A DNA stretch of 63,128 bases, taken from contig CAYWIH010000008.1 of the NCBI GenBank assembly GCA_964458305.1, positions 1 through 63,128 of the forward strand, in the 5' to 3' direction. The notes below the pieces were generated by a model. The model saw only the letters and a program-made list of their open reading frames with translations. It did not search any database and was not told the DNA's origin. Below are positions 29,007 to 38,897 of the stretch, one piece after another. Every line of letters starts with the position of its first letter. Positions within the stretch are counted from its first letter, which is position 1. The stretch is from an uncultured bacterium (GTDB lineage: Bacteria; Cyanobacteriota; Cyanobacteriia; Cyanobacteriales; JASJDA01). The position numbers and the translations under genes are program-made.

Positions 29007-30143
29007 ATGGAAATATTCTCAAATCAAACCTTGCGATCGCGCCCTCATATCGCCATTTTTTCATCTACTAAAATCGGTAACTTTGTAATTACTACCCCAC
29101 TTTTGAGAGGATTAAAAGAAAAATATCCCGACTGCATTCTCGATTTTTTTGGCAGCGAAATAACCAAAGATTTTGAAAAAAATTGCCCTTATATTGACTG
29201 GCGATTTTCCCTTTATAATTCCAGTTTAGACTTTCTTGAAAACTTAACCCATGCCGTGAAGCAACGTCGCCAAATTGCCGGAGATTACGACTTAGCAATT
29301 AACTGCGATCAATTTAGCGAAATTAATTTAGTTACTATTACAGCTTTGCGCCCAAAATACGTCGTCGGAGCAGTATTATCGCCTGATTTTCGCTTAAAAA
29401 TAGACCCTAATAATCACCCAGTTCAAAAAATATTAAACGAAAAAGATTGGAATTCCCAAGAATTTTTACAGCGCAATAAAAATATCTTAAAAAGCAATTA
29501 TATAGCCGAAATTTTTTGTAGAATAGCTTATGTAGAAACCGATTACTTTAAACTAGAACTACCCCAATCTTCCCCCAATTTTACAGTCCCAGATATCTTA
29601 ATTAGCACCACCGCAACCCGTCCCGCAAAAATGTGGCCCGCCAACTATTGGAAACAAGTCATTACTTGGTGTCGCACTCAAAACTTGACCGTTGGCTTGC
29701 TCGGTAATACCCCAAAAATTCAGCAACAACTATACTATGCCGATAATATCGAAACAGATATTTTGAACGATACCGACGCGATCGATCTCAGAGGTAAAAC
29801 TAGCTTAACTCAATTAGCCGGGGCTTTAGCAAAAGCTAAGGCTTGTCTTACCATCGATACCGGAACTTTACATATAGCTGCTGCTGTCGGTTGCCCTACC
29901 GTAGCTATTTTTGGTAACAATATTAACGGTAGCGGTGCGAGTCCGATCCGACTTTGGTCGCCCAGAACCCCAGAAATTACGATCGCCTTTTCACAGTATA
30001 ATTGTACTATCTGCGAAGATAACCATTTTAAAAACAAATCTTGTGCGATCGAAAATCATCCTTGCATGAAATATCTTACCCCACAAACGGCGATCGATCT
30101 GCTCCAACTTGCCTTACAACCAAGCCCGGCAACTGTTTTATAA
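29007..30143 (+). CDS. Glycosyltransferase family 9 (heptosyltransferase-like)
   Basis: KIGNFVITTPLLRGLKEKYP, KMWP, DLRGKTSLTQLA, IDTGTLHIAAAVGCPTVAIFG and a C-terminal CxxC...C...C. Confidence 0.88.
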   Translation: MEIFSNQTLRSRPHIAIFSSTKIGNFVITTPLLRGLKEKYPDCILDFFGSEITKDFEKNCPYIDWRFSLYNSSLDFLENLTHAVKQRRQIAGDYDLAINCDQFSEINLVTITALRPKYVVGAVLSPDFRLKIDPNNHPVQKILNEKDWNSQEFLQRNKNILKSNYIAEIFCRIAYVETDYFKLELPQSSPNFTVPDILISTTATRPAKMWPANYWKQVITWCRTQNLTVGLLGNTPKIQQQLYYADNIETDILNDTDAIDLRGKTSLTQLAGALAKAKACLTIDTGTLHIAAAVGCPTVAIFGNNINGSGASPIRLWSPRTPEITIAFSQYNCTICEDNHFKNKSCAIENHPCMKYLTPQTAIDLLQLALQPSPATVL

Positions 30144-30144
30144 T

Positions 30145-31191
30145 TTAGTATCTATACTCCTTAGCAGTAGCAAAGAAATGCTCGACATTTTCTTCAGGAG
30201 TTCCGACTAAAACACCGTGACCTAAGTTCATAATATGACCCCGATCGCCAGCTTTCTTAATCGTATCCAAAATGCGATCGCCAATAAAATCTTTCGAACC
30301 AAACAAGACACCAGGATCCATATTACCCTGTACTTTCATTTCCTTGCCCAATCTAGCCCGTGCTTCTGCCATATCCAGAGTCCAGTCTACACTGACAATA
30401 TCTACCCCAGACTGAGCCATTCTCTCCAAAACTCCCGCACTGCCGCTAATATATAAAATCAAAGGAGTATCGGGGTGAGTTTCTTTTACTTGCTTGACAA
30501 CTCGCTGATGATATGGTAAGGCAAAAGTTTCGTAATCTTGAGGAGAAAGTTCCCCAGCCCAAGAATCGAACATTTGTACCACCTGCGCGCCGCAATCGAT
30601 TTGGTAGCGGATATAAATAGCGATCGAATCGGCAATATGGGCTAAAAACTGGTGTAACATTTTCGGCTGAGAAAAAGCCATCCCTTTAATAACCGAATAA
30701 TTTTTCGAACTTTTCCCTTCAATAGCATAAGCCGCTAAAGTCCAAGGTGCGCCGACAAAACCCAAAACAGTAGATTTATTACCTACCTCGCTGCGAAGAG
30801 AATTGAGGATAGTTTTAATAAAAGGAAGGGACTCCGAAGGATCTAAAGTACGTAAATTATCGATTTGTGCTTGAGTGCGGATCGGAGGATCGATAATCGG
30901 CCCTTTGCTTTCAACGATATCAAAATTAATCCCCATGCCCGGAAGCGGAGTTAAAATATCGGAGAACATAATTACCCCATCCGGTTGAAAAGCCCGCCAG
31001 GGTTGTAAAGATATTTCAATAGCCAGATCGGGATTTTCGGAGCGATCGCGAAAACTGGGATATTTTTCCCGTAAATCGCGATAAACTTTCATGTAGCGTC
31101 CAGCTTGGCGCATCATCCACACAGGAGGGCGATCGACTTTTTCGCCTCGAGCTGCTTTTAATAGTAAGGGAACTCCGTTTGACTCTGACAT
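30145..31191 (-). CDS. hemE: Uroporphyrinogen decarboxylase
   Basis: [37 protein letters not shown] and NLGHG. Confidence 0.97.
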   Translation of the reverse strand: MSESNGVPLLLKAARGEKVDRPPVWMMRQAGRYMKVYRDLREKYPSFRDRSENPDLAIEISLQPWRAFQPDGVIMFSDILTPLPGMGINFDIVESKGPIIDPPIRTQAQIDNLRTLDPSESLPFIKTILNSLRSEVGNKSTVLGFVGAPWTLAAYAIEGKSSKNYSVIKGMAFSQPKMLHQFLAHIADSIAIYIRYQIDCGAQVVQMFDSWAGELSPQDYETFALPYHQRVVKQVKETHPDTPLILYISGSAGVLERMAQSGVDIVSVDWTLDMAEARARLGKEMKVQGNMDPGVLFGSKDFIGDRILDTIKKAGDRGHIMNLGHGVLVGTPEENVEHFFATAKEYRY

Positions 31192-31254
31192 GGCAATTAC
31201 AATTGATATTTAAGCGCATTTGTTAGCTTATCATTCAATTATCCTTAAATCGTT

Positions 31255-32160
31255 CTATTGCAAAAATTTTAAAATTCCACTCGCCCCATCCAACTCTACC
31301 ATTTGTCCTGCTCGCAAAGCAGCATTAGCCCCGTCGTGGCCGAAAGGAAGATCCCAAACGATAGGAATATTGAGATCGCAAGTTCGATCGCGCCATACTT
31401 CAGCTACAGTCCAGCTAAAAGAGTCTTTAGGAGCATCGCAGCGACTAAAACGCCCCAAAGCCAACCCTTTAATTTTTTTTAATATTCCGCTCGATCGCCA
31501 CTGGGTCAACATTCGATCGATACTGTAGGGCAATTCGCTAACATCTTCAAAAGCGAGGACAATATTATTAAAATTAAGCTGCAAGGGAGTTGCTAACAAA
31601 TGAGTAGCTACGGTAAAATTGGCAGGCAATAGTATCCCTTTTGTTTTGCCACCACCCCAACCGATACCTTGAAGGGGTTGTAAACTGCGACCTTCAACTA
31701 AATCGAACAACCGCTCGATCGACCAATCCGGTTCTTTTGCTAAAGTAGTTAAAACCGGCCCGTGAATTCCTGCAATCCCGATTTTAGCCAAACTCCACAA
31801 TAAAGCCGTAATATCGGAAAAGCCAATTAACCATTTAATATTTTCTTCTGTTTGCCAACTCCAATCTTCTAACAATCTCGTGCTACCGTAACCTCCCCTA
31901 GTACAGACGATCGCCTTAGAGAGTGGGTTTTGCCAAGCTAATTTTAAGGCCGATCTGCGAAGATCTTCATTACCAGCCAGATAACCGTAACGAGTTTTAT
32001 AATTAGCAGCTAATTTGATTTTATATCCGCGCGATCGCCATACTTCGAGACCTTTTTCTAAAGCAAGTTCGTCTTTTAAAGCACCGCTTGGCGCAACAAC
32101 TTCTAATAAATCTCCTGGCTTTAATGCTGGCGGTAATTTTAAGGGAGTAAATTGTTCCAT
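31255..32160 (-). CDS. LD-carboxypeptidase (peptidase S66)
   Basis: VVAPSG, RGGYG, GFSDITAL (Ser), FEDVSE (Glu) and LPFGH (His). Confidence 0.9.
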   Translation of the reverse strand: MEQFTPLKLPPALKPGDLLEVVAPSGALKDELALEKGLEVWRSRGYKIKLAANYKTRYGYLAGNEDLRRSALKLAWQNPLSKAIVCTRGGYGSTRLLEDWSWQTEENIKWLIGFSDITALLWSLAKIGIAGIHGPVLTTLAKEPDWSIERLFDLVEGRSLQPLQGIGWGGGKTKGILLPANFTVATHLLATPLQLNFNNIVLAFEDVSELPYSIDRMLTQWRSSGILKKIKGLALGRFSRCDAPKDSFSWTVAEVWRDRTCDLNIPIVWDLPFGHDGANAALRAGQMVELDGASGILKFLQ

Positions 32161-32217
32161 AATTAAACCAAGCAAAATTCCACCCGCGTAATTTTGGCTG
32201 GAATCTAACCTTTAGTG

Positions 32218-32601
32218 CTAGTCTTCATTATCGGGTTCGTCGAGATGTTCTGCCACGGAACTATATAAATCTAAAACGTGACGATCGTGCAGGTAGTAAT
32301 ATACTTTTCTACCGCGCTTTTGATATTTTACAAGTCGCATAGTTCTCAAAGTTCTCATTTGATGAGAAACAGCCGATTCGCTCATGCCTAAAGTTGCCGC
32401 TATATCGCAAACGCAAAGTTCTTGCTGGGCTAAAATTGAAATTATACGCAAGCGATTGGGATCTCCCAACATACTAAAAAATTCTGCCATGCGCTTAGCT
32501 TTCTCTATTTCGAGAAAGCTGACACCTTCTATTTCTATGGGGTGCTTTGTTTGGCAGAGTGGGGCTGTTTTTCTTTTATCGATCGGGGTTGATGCTGACA
32601 T
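32218..32601 (-). CDS. ArsR/SmtB family metal-sensing repressor (SmtB/ZiaR-like)
   Basis: AEFFSMLGDPNRLRI, ELCVCD, SESAVSHQ and the alpha5 site DRHV...EHLDE. Confidence 0.9.
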   Translation of the reverse strand: MSASTPIDKRKTAPLCQTKHPIEIEGVSFLEIEKAKRMAEFFSMLGDPNRLRIISILAQQELCVCDIAATLGMSESAVSHQMRTLRTMRLVKYQKRGRKVYYYLHDRHVLDLYSSVAEHLDEPDNED

Positions 32602-32658
32602 TAATAGGGCAAATATATCTATCTATTTACCATCTTAGCTGTCTCGATCGCGCTGGTT

Positions 32659-33969
32659 TTATCGATCGAGTTGGATGGTAGGATGTTCTTGTCCGGGAGT
32701 GGTGATCAAACGCGCACCCTTGCTGAAAGTAAAATAGTTCCATGCCCACTGAATCATGACGATTAATTTATTGTCAAATTCGAGCAAGTAGAAGACGTGG
32801 ATGAACATCCAAACGCACCAAGCCAAAAAGCCGCTTAACTTGATAAAGCCTAAATCTACTACTGCTTCGTGTTTGCCGATCACTGCTAAACTGCCCGAGT
32901 CAAAATAATAAAAAGGCGCGATCGATTCTCCTTTCATTCTGCTTCTAATCAAACGAGCCACATATTGACCTTCTTGCATGGCAACTGGAGCAATACCGGG
33001 TAAAGGTTTATCTTCTTGATGGCCGTAATGGGCTAAATCGCCGATCGCAAAAATATTATCGTATTTTGAGAGTTGAAAGTCTTTATCGACGATAATTCTT
33101 CCCGATCGATCTACTTCTGCTCCGGTACGTTCTGCTAAAATTTTACTCATCTCCGTTGCTTTCATTCCAGCAGTCCAGAGGATCGTTTTCGCCGAGATTG
33201 TCTCTATTTTATCGCCGATGCGAACTGTCAAACTGTCTTTTTGAATGTCGATCGCTCTAGCACCAGTTACTACTGTAACCCCCAAACGTTCCAAGGATTT
33301 TTGTGCTTTGAGGGATAATTTTTCCGGGTAGGTGGGTAAAATTGTATCTCTACTGGAAAAGAGGATAATTTTCGATTTTGAGGTGTCGATATTGCGAAAG
33401 TCTTCTTTTAAAGTTCCGTGAGCTACTTCCGCTAGTGCCCCAGCTAATTCTACACCAGCAGGCCCCGCGCCGATAATTGCAAAGGTCAACCATTCTTGAT
33501 GTTTTTCGGGGTTTGTTTCTTTTTCTGCTGCTTCAAAAGCAATAAAAATGCGACGACGTATTTCTAAAGCATCTTCGATCGTTTTTAGTCCTGGTGCGAA
33601 GTCTTCCCATTTTTCGTTACCAAAATATTGATGGGTTACTCCGGTAGCGACGATTAAGGAATCGTAAGTTATTTCTTTGTGCTGCAATTTTACTGTTTTT
33701 CGATCGGGATCTATATCTACTACTTCTCCCATCAATACTTGTATATTTTTATTCCGATTTACTAATGCTCTGATCGGAGAAGATATGTCCGCAGGAGATA
33801 ATCCTCCTGTTGCTACTTGATAAAGTAAGGGTTGAAAAACATGAAAATTTCGTTTATCAATTAATGTTACTTTTACTTGCGATTTTGCTACGCTCTGTGC
33901 TGCGTACAATCCGCCAAATCCTCCGCCAACAATAACAACATGATGCAGTGGTTTAGTTGTTTGAGACAT
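32659..33969 (-). CDS. Type II NADH:quinone oxidoreductase
   Basis: VVIVGGGFGG, FQPLLYQVATG, IIGAGPAGVELAG, AIGD and PGIAPVAMQEG. Confidence 0.9.
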   Translation of the reverse strand: MSQTTKPLHHVVIVGGGFGGLYAAQSVAKSQVKVTLIDKRNFHVFQPLLYQVATGGLSPADISSPIRALVNRNKNIQVLMGEVVDIDPDRKTVKLQHKEITYDSLIVATGVTHQYFGNEKWEDFAPGLKTIEDALEIRRRIFIAFEAAEKETNPEKHQEWLTFAIIGAGPAGVELAGALAEVAHGTLKEDFRNIDTSKSKIILFSSRDTILPTYPEKLSLKAQKSLERLGVTVVTGARAIDIQKDSLTVRIGDKIETISAKTILWTAGMKATEMSKILAERTGAEVDRSGRIIVDKDFQLSKYDNIFAIGDLAHYGHQEDKPLPGIAPVAMQEGQYVARLIRSRMKGESIAPFYYFDSGSLAVIGKHEAVVDLGFIKLSGFLAWCVWMFIHVFYLLEFDNKLIVMIQWAWNYFTFSKGARLITTPGQEHPTIQLDR

Positions 33970-34005
33970 ATATCGCTCGGCTCAATTGAGGGTATTTACT
34001 GTTTG

Positions 34006-34047
34006 ATGTTACTGCCGATGCTTCTCGATTTAGGTGTAAATTGTTAC
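34006..34047 (-). promoter_or_regulatory. Candidate NtcA-type promoter of the NDH-2 gene
   Basis: Minus strand GTA-N8-CAC (34047-34034), a 22-nt spacer, then TAACAT (34011-34006); matches the GTA-N8-TAC-N22-TAN3T architecture with one mismatch. Confidence 0.35.
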
Positions 34048-34582
34048 TTTTTTTTTGCTAAGCGATCGATTAATAACTATCTGAGAATTGCGTAGATTTT
34101 TTATTATTTTGTAACTAAAATTTACTAACTGCGATCGAGGTTTTTTTGATTTTAAAAATAACCAATTTTTTGGCATTAAAGCGGATATTTTGCTAAATTA
34201 CTTTGTTTTCGCTCCATTTTTACTGCTTTCTGGAAATCTAGCCCAGCTTTTAGTTGATAGCAAATTAGTCCGCAATAATAATAAGTATTTAAACGATCGG
34301 ATCGATCGAAAATTTTTTGCATAAAATTATAAAGGGCTAATAGATTTTCTCAAAAGTAACAAAATCGGAAGTCTAGGTAAGAAGTCAGAAGTCATTCGAT
34401 TCGATCGTAAATATTTTCTCGAATTAAATAAATTTTGCTATCTTTAAATTTATATTCGATCGCTGTATTTAAATTATCTATTGCTGGTGTTTTATTTCTT
34501 AAAAACTTAAAAATTATACTATTGCTGAAAAATCGCGCTACAGATGAGATCTACTCTTCTGCTTAAAAATCGTTAATTATTA

Positions 34583-34634
34583 TCCTAACTGACTTCTGTA
34601 CGAACGTACCATGGTACGTTCCTAACTGACTTCT
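34583..34634. repeat. REP-like palindrome, copy 3, between 15-bp direct repeats
   Basis: Perfect palindrome GAACGTACCATGGTACGTTC (34602-34621); TCCTAACTGACTTCT at 34583-34597 and 34620-34634. Confidence 0.8.
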
Positions 34635-34829
34635 AAACTAATTCTCTTTTTACTTTTGAGAAAAGGTATAAATTATTATTTAAATTAATTTTGGCAAAAA
34701 TAGACTGTTAAATCTTTATATTTTTTCATAAAAAAAATGCCTAAAAGTGCAGGTGTTTGCAAAAACTAGGAAAATTAAATTGCTTGTGAAGTAATGTAAA
34801 TTAAGAAAAGAATGCTCGAGTAAAAGAAT

Positions 34830-36371
34830 ATGGATCGAACGGAAGTAATTGTAATCGGTAGCGGTGTCGGTGGTTTGTGCTGCGCTGCATTGCTGGCTAA
34901 ATACGGTTTTGAAGTAACGGTATGTGAAAGTCACTCGATCGCCGGAGGTGCGGCACATAGTTTCGATCGCAATGGCTTTAAATTTGATTCTGGCCCTTCT
35001 TTATATTCTGGCTTATCTTATAGCCCTTCTCCGAACCCGTTAAGACAAGTATTAGACGCGATCGAAGAAGATTTAGAATGGGTAAATTACGATACTTGGG
35101 GCTGTCTTTTACCAGAAGGGACTTTTGATACTAAAGTAGGTGGGGAGCAATTTTGTGAAATTTTGCAAAAACTGCGGGGCGATCGAGCTGTAGCAGAATG
35201 GAAACATTTACAAAAAGTAATGCAACCCTTAGCTAGTGCGGCGATCGCCATACCTCCTGCTAGCGTGCGTTTCGATCTCGGTGCTGCTTTAACTGTAGGA
35301 CGTTTTTTACCTAATGCTGCTCGCTATTTTTTTGACGTATTGAAATTAAGCGGCCCTTATAGTAAAATTCTTGAAGAAAATGTTAGCGATCCTTTCATTC
35401 GCAACTGGCTGGATTTACTTTGTTTTCTGCTTTCTGGCTTACCTGCTAACGGGACGATCGCCGCAGAAGTAGCTTTTATGTTTGCCGATTGGTATCGTCC
35501 GGGGGTAAAACTAGATTATCCTGTCGGTGGTAGCGGTGCTTTAGTAGATGCTTTGGTGCGGGGTTTAGAAAAAAATGGCGGTAAACTATTACTTTCAGCC
35601 CACGTCTCGGAAATTATTGTCAAAGCAAATCGCGCCGTTGGGGTTAAATTGCGGGATGGTAGAGAAATAAAAGCGACTAAAGCAGTAATATCCAACGCTT
35701 CGGTGTGGGATACTTTAAAATTGTTACCTCAAAATGCCCTGCCAGAAGACTTTTATCGCGAGCGCAAAAATACCCCAGAATGCGATAGTTTCATGCATTT
35801 ACATTTAGGGATCGATGGCAGTAATTTACCCGAAGATCTCCCTTGTCATTATATTGTAGTTAACGATTGGAATCGAGGTATCGACGCGCCGCAAAATGTC
35901 GTTCTAGTTTCGATTCCGTCTCTTTTAGATCCTAATTTAGCACCCCCAGGAAAACAAACAATACACGTTTATACTCCCGGTAACGAACCTTATAAATTAT
36001 GGCAGGGATTGGATCGCAAATCTCAAGAATATCAAAATTTAAAAGCAGAGCGATCGCAAGTTATGTGGCAAGCTTTAGAAAGAATAATCCCCGATATTCG
36101 CTCTCGTTGCGAAGTTACCATGGTCGGGACTCCATTAACCCATCAAAGGTTTTTAAGGCGTTATAATGGCTCTTACGGCCCGGCGATTGAGGCAGGAAAG
36201 GGGATTTTTCCACCCCCAACTACCCCCCTTCCCGGTTTGTTTTGTTGTGGAGACTCGACATTTCCAGGTATCGGTTTGCCAGCAGTTGCAGTTAGTGGAA
36301 TGTCTCTAGCTAATACGATCGCCCCGGTAGACAAGCATTTAAAAATGCTTGAAAATATTGGCATCAGCTAA
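34830..36371 (+). CDS. FAD-dependent oxidoreductase, phytoene desaturase/carotenoid isomerase family
   Basis: VIVIGSGVGGL, FDSGPSLY, YPVGGSG, SFMHLHLG, GTPLTH and GDSTFPGIGLPAV. Confidence 0.85.
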   Translation: MDRTEVIVIGSGVGGLCCAALLAKYGFEVTVCESHSIAGGAAHSFDRNGFKFDSGPSLYSGLSYSPSPNPLRQVLDAIEEDLEWVNYDTWGCLLPEGTFDTKVGGEQFCEILQKLRGDRAVAEWKHLQKVMQPLASAAIAIPPASVRFDLGAALTVGRFLPNAARYFFDVLKLSGPYSKILEENVSDPFIRNWLDLLCFLLSGLPANGTIAAEVAFMFADWYRPGVKLDYPVGGSGALVDALVRGLEKNGGKLLLSAHVSEIIVKANRAVGVKLRDGREIKATKAVISNASVWDTLKLLPQNALPEDFYRERKNTPECDSFMHLHLGIDGSNLPEDLPCHYIVVNDWNRGIDAPQNVVLVSIPSLLDPNLAPPGKQTIHVYTPGNEPYKLWQGLDRKSQEYQNLKAERSQVMWQALERIIPDIRSRCEVTMVGTPLTHQRFLRRYNGSYGPAIEAGKGIFPPPTTPLPGLFCCGDSTFPGIGLPAVAVSGMSLANTIAPVDKHLKMLENIGIS

Positions 36372-36572
36372 GAAAAAACATTTCCGTGGAATTGCCAAAG
36401 ACGGGGCAGAATGGGAAAATATTCCTAGTAGAGATCTCGAGCGATATTATGGCAGCATTGATAGAGATCGGAAAAAAAATATCAACCAACCACTTAAATG
36501 GCGAACATAATTCAATTGCCGCTTTAACCTCTGCTATATTATCGAGCGAATTTAACTTAAAGGAGCGATTTA

Positions 36573-36899
36573 GTGACCAAAGTAATAGAAATTAATGATT
36601 CCGATTTTGAAAACCAAGTTATGCAAGCTCAAAAACCAGTGTTATTATATTTTTGGGCTACTTGGTGCGGGCCTTGTCGTTTAGTTTCTCCTTCTATTGA
36701 TTGGGCTGCTAGTACCTACGGCGATCGCATTAAAGTAGTTAAATTAGAAGTAGATCCCAATCCAGAAGCAGTAAAAACTTGTCAGGTAGAAGGCGTTCCT
36801 GCTTTAAGATTGTACAAAGATAATGAAATAGTCAATCTTCACGAAGGCGCGATCGGCAAACAACAATTACAAGTTCTACTCGACGATCGCCTCAATTAA
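36573..36899 (+). CDS. Thioredoxin (probably x-type)
   Basis: WCGPC active site and VEGVP cis-Pro loop; GTG start preceded by AAGGAG. Confidence 0.9.
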   Translation: MTKVIEINDSDFENQVMQAQKPVLLYFWATWCGPCRLVSPSIDWAASTYGDRIKVVKLEVDPNPEAVKTCQVEGVPALRLYKDNEIVNLHEGAIGKQQLQVLLDDRLN

Positions 36900-36916
36900 T
36901 GATTCGGTAGAAAACA

Positions 36917-38107
36917 ATGCAATTTGCTCGACGGTTACAACCTCTGCAAAGCAACGTATTTGCAGATATGGATCGCGCTAAAGCGATCGCCCGCTCCTCT
37001 GGTAAGGAAATTATCGATCTATCTTTAGGATCTTCAGATCTGAGTGCTTCCCAAGAAGTATTGCAGGCGATCGCTAATTCTTTAGAAGATAGCACCACTC
37101 ATGGTTATTTACTATATCACGGGACTAAAAATTTTCGAGCCGCCGCAGCAAATTGGTACGAAAAAAAATTTAACCTACCCGTCGATCCAGAAACAGAAGT
37201 ATTACAATTAATCGGCTCTCAAGAAGGAACTGCCCATTTACCCCTAGCAATTTTAAATCCGGGGGATTATGCTCTGCTTCAAGATCCCGGCTATCCTTCC
37301 CATTCCGGTGGGGTCTATTTAGCCTCCGGGCAAATCTATACTATGCCATTATTGGCAGAAAATCAATTTTTACCAGTATTATCCGCTATTCCCGCCGAAG
37401 TATTGACAAAAGCGAAAATGATGGTGCTGAGTTATCCCCACAACCCGACGACGGCGATCGCACCTTTAGCTTTTTTTGAAGAAGTTGTCAGTTTTTGTCG
37501 GCAGCATGGTATAGTTTTAGTCCACGATTTCCCTTATGTAGATATGCTGTTCGATCGCGCTTCTGCACCTTCAATTTTGCAAGCAGATCGCAACAAAGAA
37601 CTCTCGATCGAGTTTTTTACTTTATCTAAATCTTACAATATGGGCGGTTTTCGCATCGGTTACGCCATCGGCAATGCTCAGCTAATACAAGCCCTGCGTC
37701 AAGTTAAAGCGGCGATCGACTTCAATCAGTATCTAGGAATCTTAAACGGGGCGATCGAGGCTCTAAATGGCTCGCAAATACCAGTAGAGAAGACAGTTAA
37801 TACTTTTAAGTTACGTCGCGACAGTTTTATCAAAGCTCTCCACAAGATCGGTTGGCAAGTCCCCACACCAAAAGCTACCATGTATCTCTGGGCTAAATTG
37901 CCCGATCCTTGGCAGCATAATTCGATCGCATTTGCAACTCAATTAGTCGAAAAAACTGGGGTTGCTGTTTCTCCTGGTGCTGGTTTTGGCAAAGCAGGAG
38001 AAGGTTACGTTCGTTTTGCTTTAGTTAAAGATTCCGAAATATTAGAACTAGCAGCAGCAAAAATAGCGGAATTTTTCCAAAATAAAGCAGTTATTTTTAA
38101 TAATTAA
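36917..38107 (+). CDS. Class I/II PLP aminotransferase (LL-diaminopimelate aminotransferase-like)
   Basis: LIGSQEG, DPGYP, YPHNPT, HDFPY and FTLSKSYNMGGFRIG with the PLP lysine. Confidence 0.88.
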   Translation: MQFARRLQPLQSNVFADMDRAKAIARSSGKEIIDLSLGSSDLSASQEVLQAIANSLEDSTTHGYLLYHGTKNFRAAAANWYEKKFNLPVDPETEVLQLIGSQEGTAHLPLAILNPGDYALLQDPGYPSHSGGVYLASGQIYTMPLLAENQFLPVLSAIPAEVLTKAKMMVLSYPHNPTTAIAPLAFFEEVVSFCRQHGIVLVHDFPYVDMLFDRASAPSILQADRNKELSIEFFTLSKSYNMGGFRIGYAIGNAQLIQALRQVKAAIDFNQYLGILNGAIEALNGSQIPVEKTVNTFKLRRDSFIKALHKIGWQVPTPKATMYLWAKLPDPWQHNSIAFATQLVEKTGVAVSPGAGFGKAGEGYVRFALVKDSEILELAAAKIAEFFQNKAVIFNN

Positions 38108-38171
38108 AAATTTATTTTTATCTCAATAATATTTTTAAGATAATATATTTAATTCGCTAAGAGAATAAAAT

Positions 38172-38579
38172 ATGATTATATTACTGGAAATAGCCGATCG
38201 ATCTGACGATCTCGAAAAAATAATCAAAATTAAAAATCCGACATGGTCGATAGTAGAAGAATCTCTGAAAAACTTAAATTACAATAATAAATATACTGCC
38301 ACGATCGAAGCTGACAATGGTTCTTATATGGGGATTGTAATCGGCGAACATAATAAATATTTAGTTGGCAGTTTTTTAGCAGGGAAAGGAAGATTTATTT
38401 TAGTCGATTCTCCAGATGAAGAAAACTTTATTACTCTCGAAATTGGCGGGAAACATAGCAAATTTGCCGCCCACGAATTTGTAGATTTAGAAACTCTTTT
38501 AACAGTTGCAGAAACATTTTTTAAAACAGGAGAATGCGATCGCAGATTTGAATGGAAAGAACGAGGAGCAAATTGTTAG
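38172..38579 (+). CDS. Probable Imm1-family immunity protein
   Basis: IKNPTWSIVEESLKNL start, YMGIVIG and LLTVAETFFKTGECDRRFEW end resemble Imm1 proteins as recalled; AT-rich. Confidence 0.6.
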   Translation: MIILLEIADRSDDLEKIIKIKNPTWSIVEESLKNLNYNNKYTATIEADNGSYMGIVIGEHNKYLVGSFLAGKGRFILVDSPDEENFITLEIGGKHSKFAAHEFVDLETLLTVAETFFKTGECDRRFEWKERGANC

Positions 38580-38663
38580 AACAATATTTAGAAACCGGAT
38601 TTAAATTTTAAGTAATTAGGTTAAAATTTTTACCGAAACGCGATCGGCGATAAATTAATTTAA

Positions 38664-38800
38664 TCCCTAGGTACTTGTACGATGGGTAAAGATCCGATCG
38701 CTGTGGTAAATTCTAATTTGCAAGTACGTGGTATTGCCGGACTGCGGCTTCAATTATGCCCGAAAGTGCGATCGGAAATACTCACCCAGCAACGATTTAA
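38664..38800 (+). pseudogene. Remnant of a GMC oxidoreductase (choline dehydrogenase-like) C-terminus
   Basis: LGTCTMGKDPIAVVNSNLQVRGIAGLR, then a frameshift at about 38747 into ASIMPESAIGNTHPAT. Confidence 0.75.
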
Positions 38801-38897
38801 TCCGACAAATTTGATAGTAATTATACTAATTTATACCGAGAGCAAAATAAAAAAAGATTCCTAAAATAGGAAAGGATAAAATTATTAAAAATCAATA

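Noticed and set aside
29990-30070. Four-Cys motif in the GT9 as proof of a TibC/Aah-type iron-binding protein heptosyltransferase
   Set aside because: Similar CxxC...C...C tails occur in ordinary GT9 enzymes, so the motif is not diagnostic.
36386-36595. 69-aa ORF upstream of thioredoxin
   Set aside because: GTG start, no motifs, and it overlaps the thioredoxin RBS and start; probably promoter DNA.
38682-38864. 60-aa ORF as a real small protein
   Set aside because: It is the frameshifted remnant of a GMC oxidoreductase.
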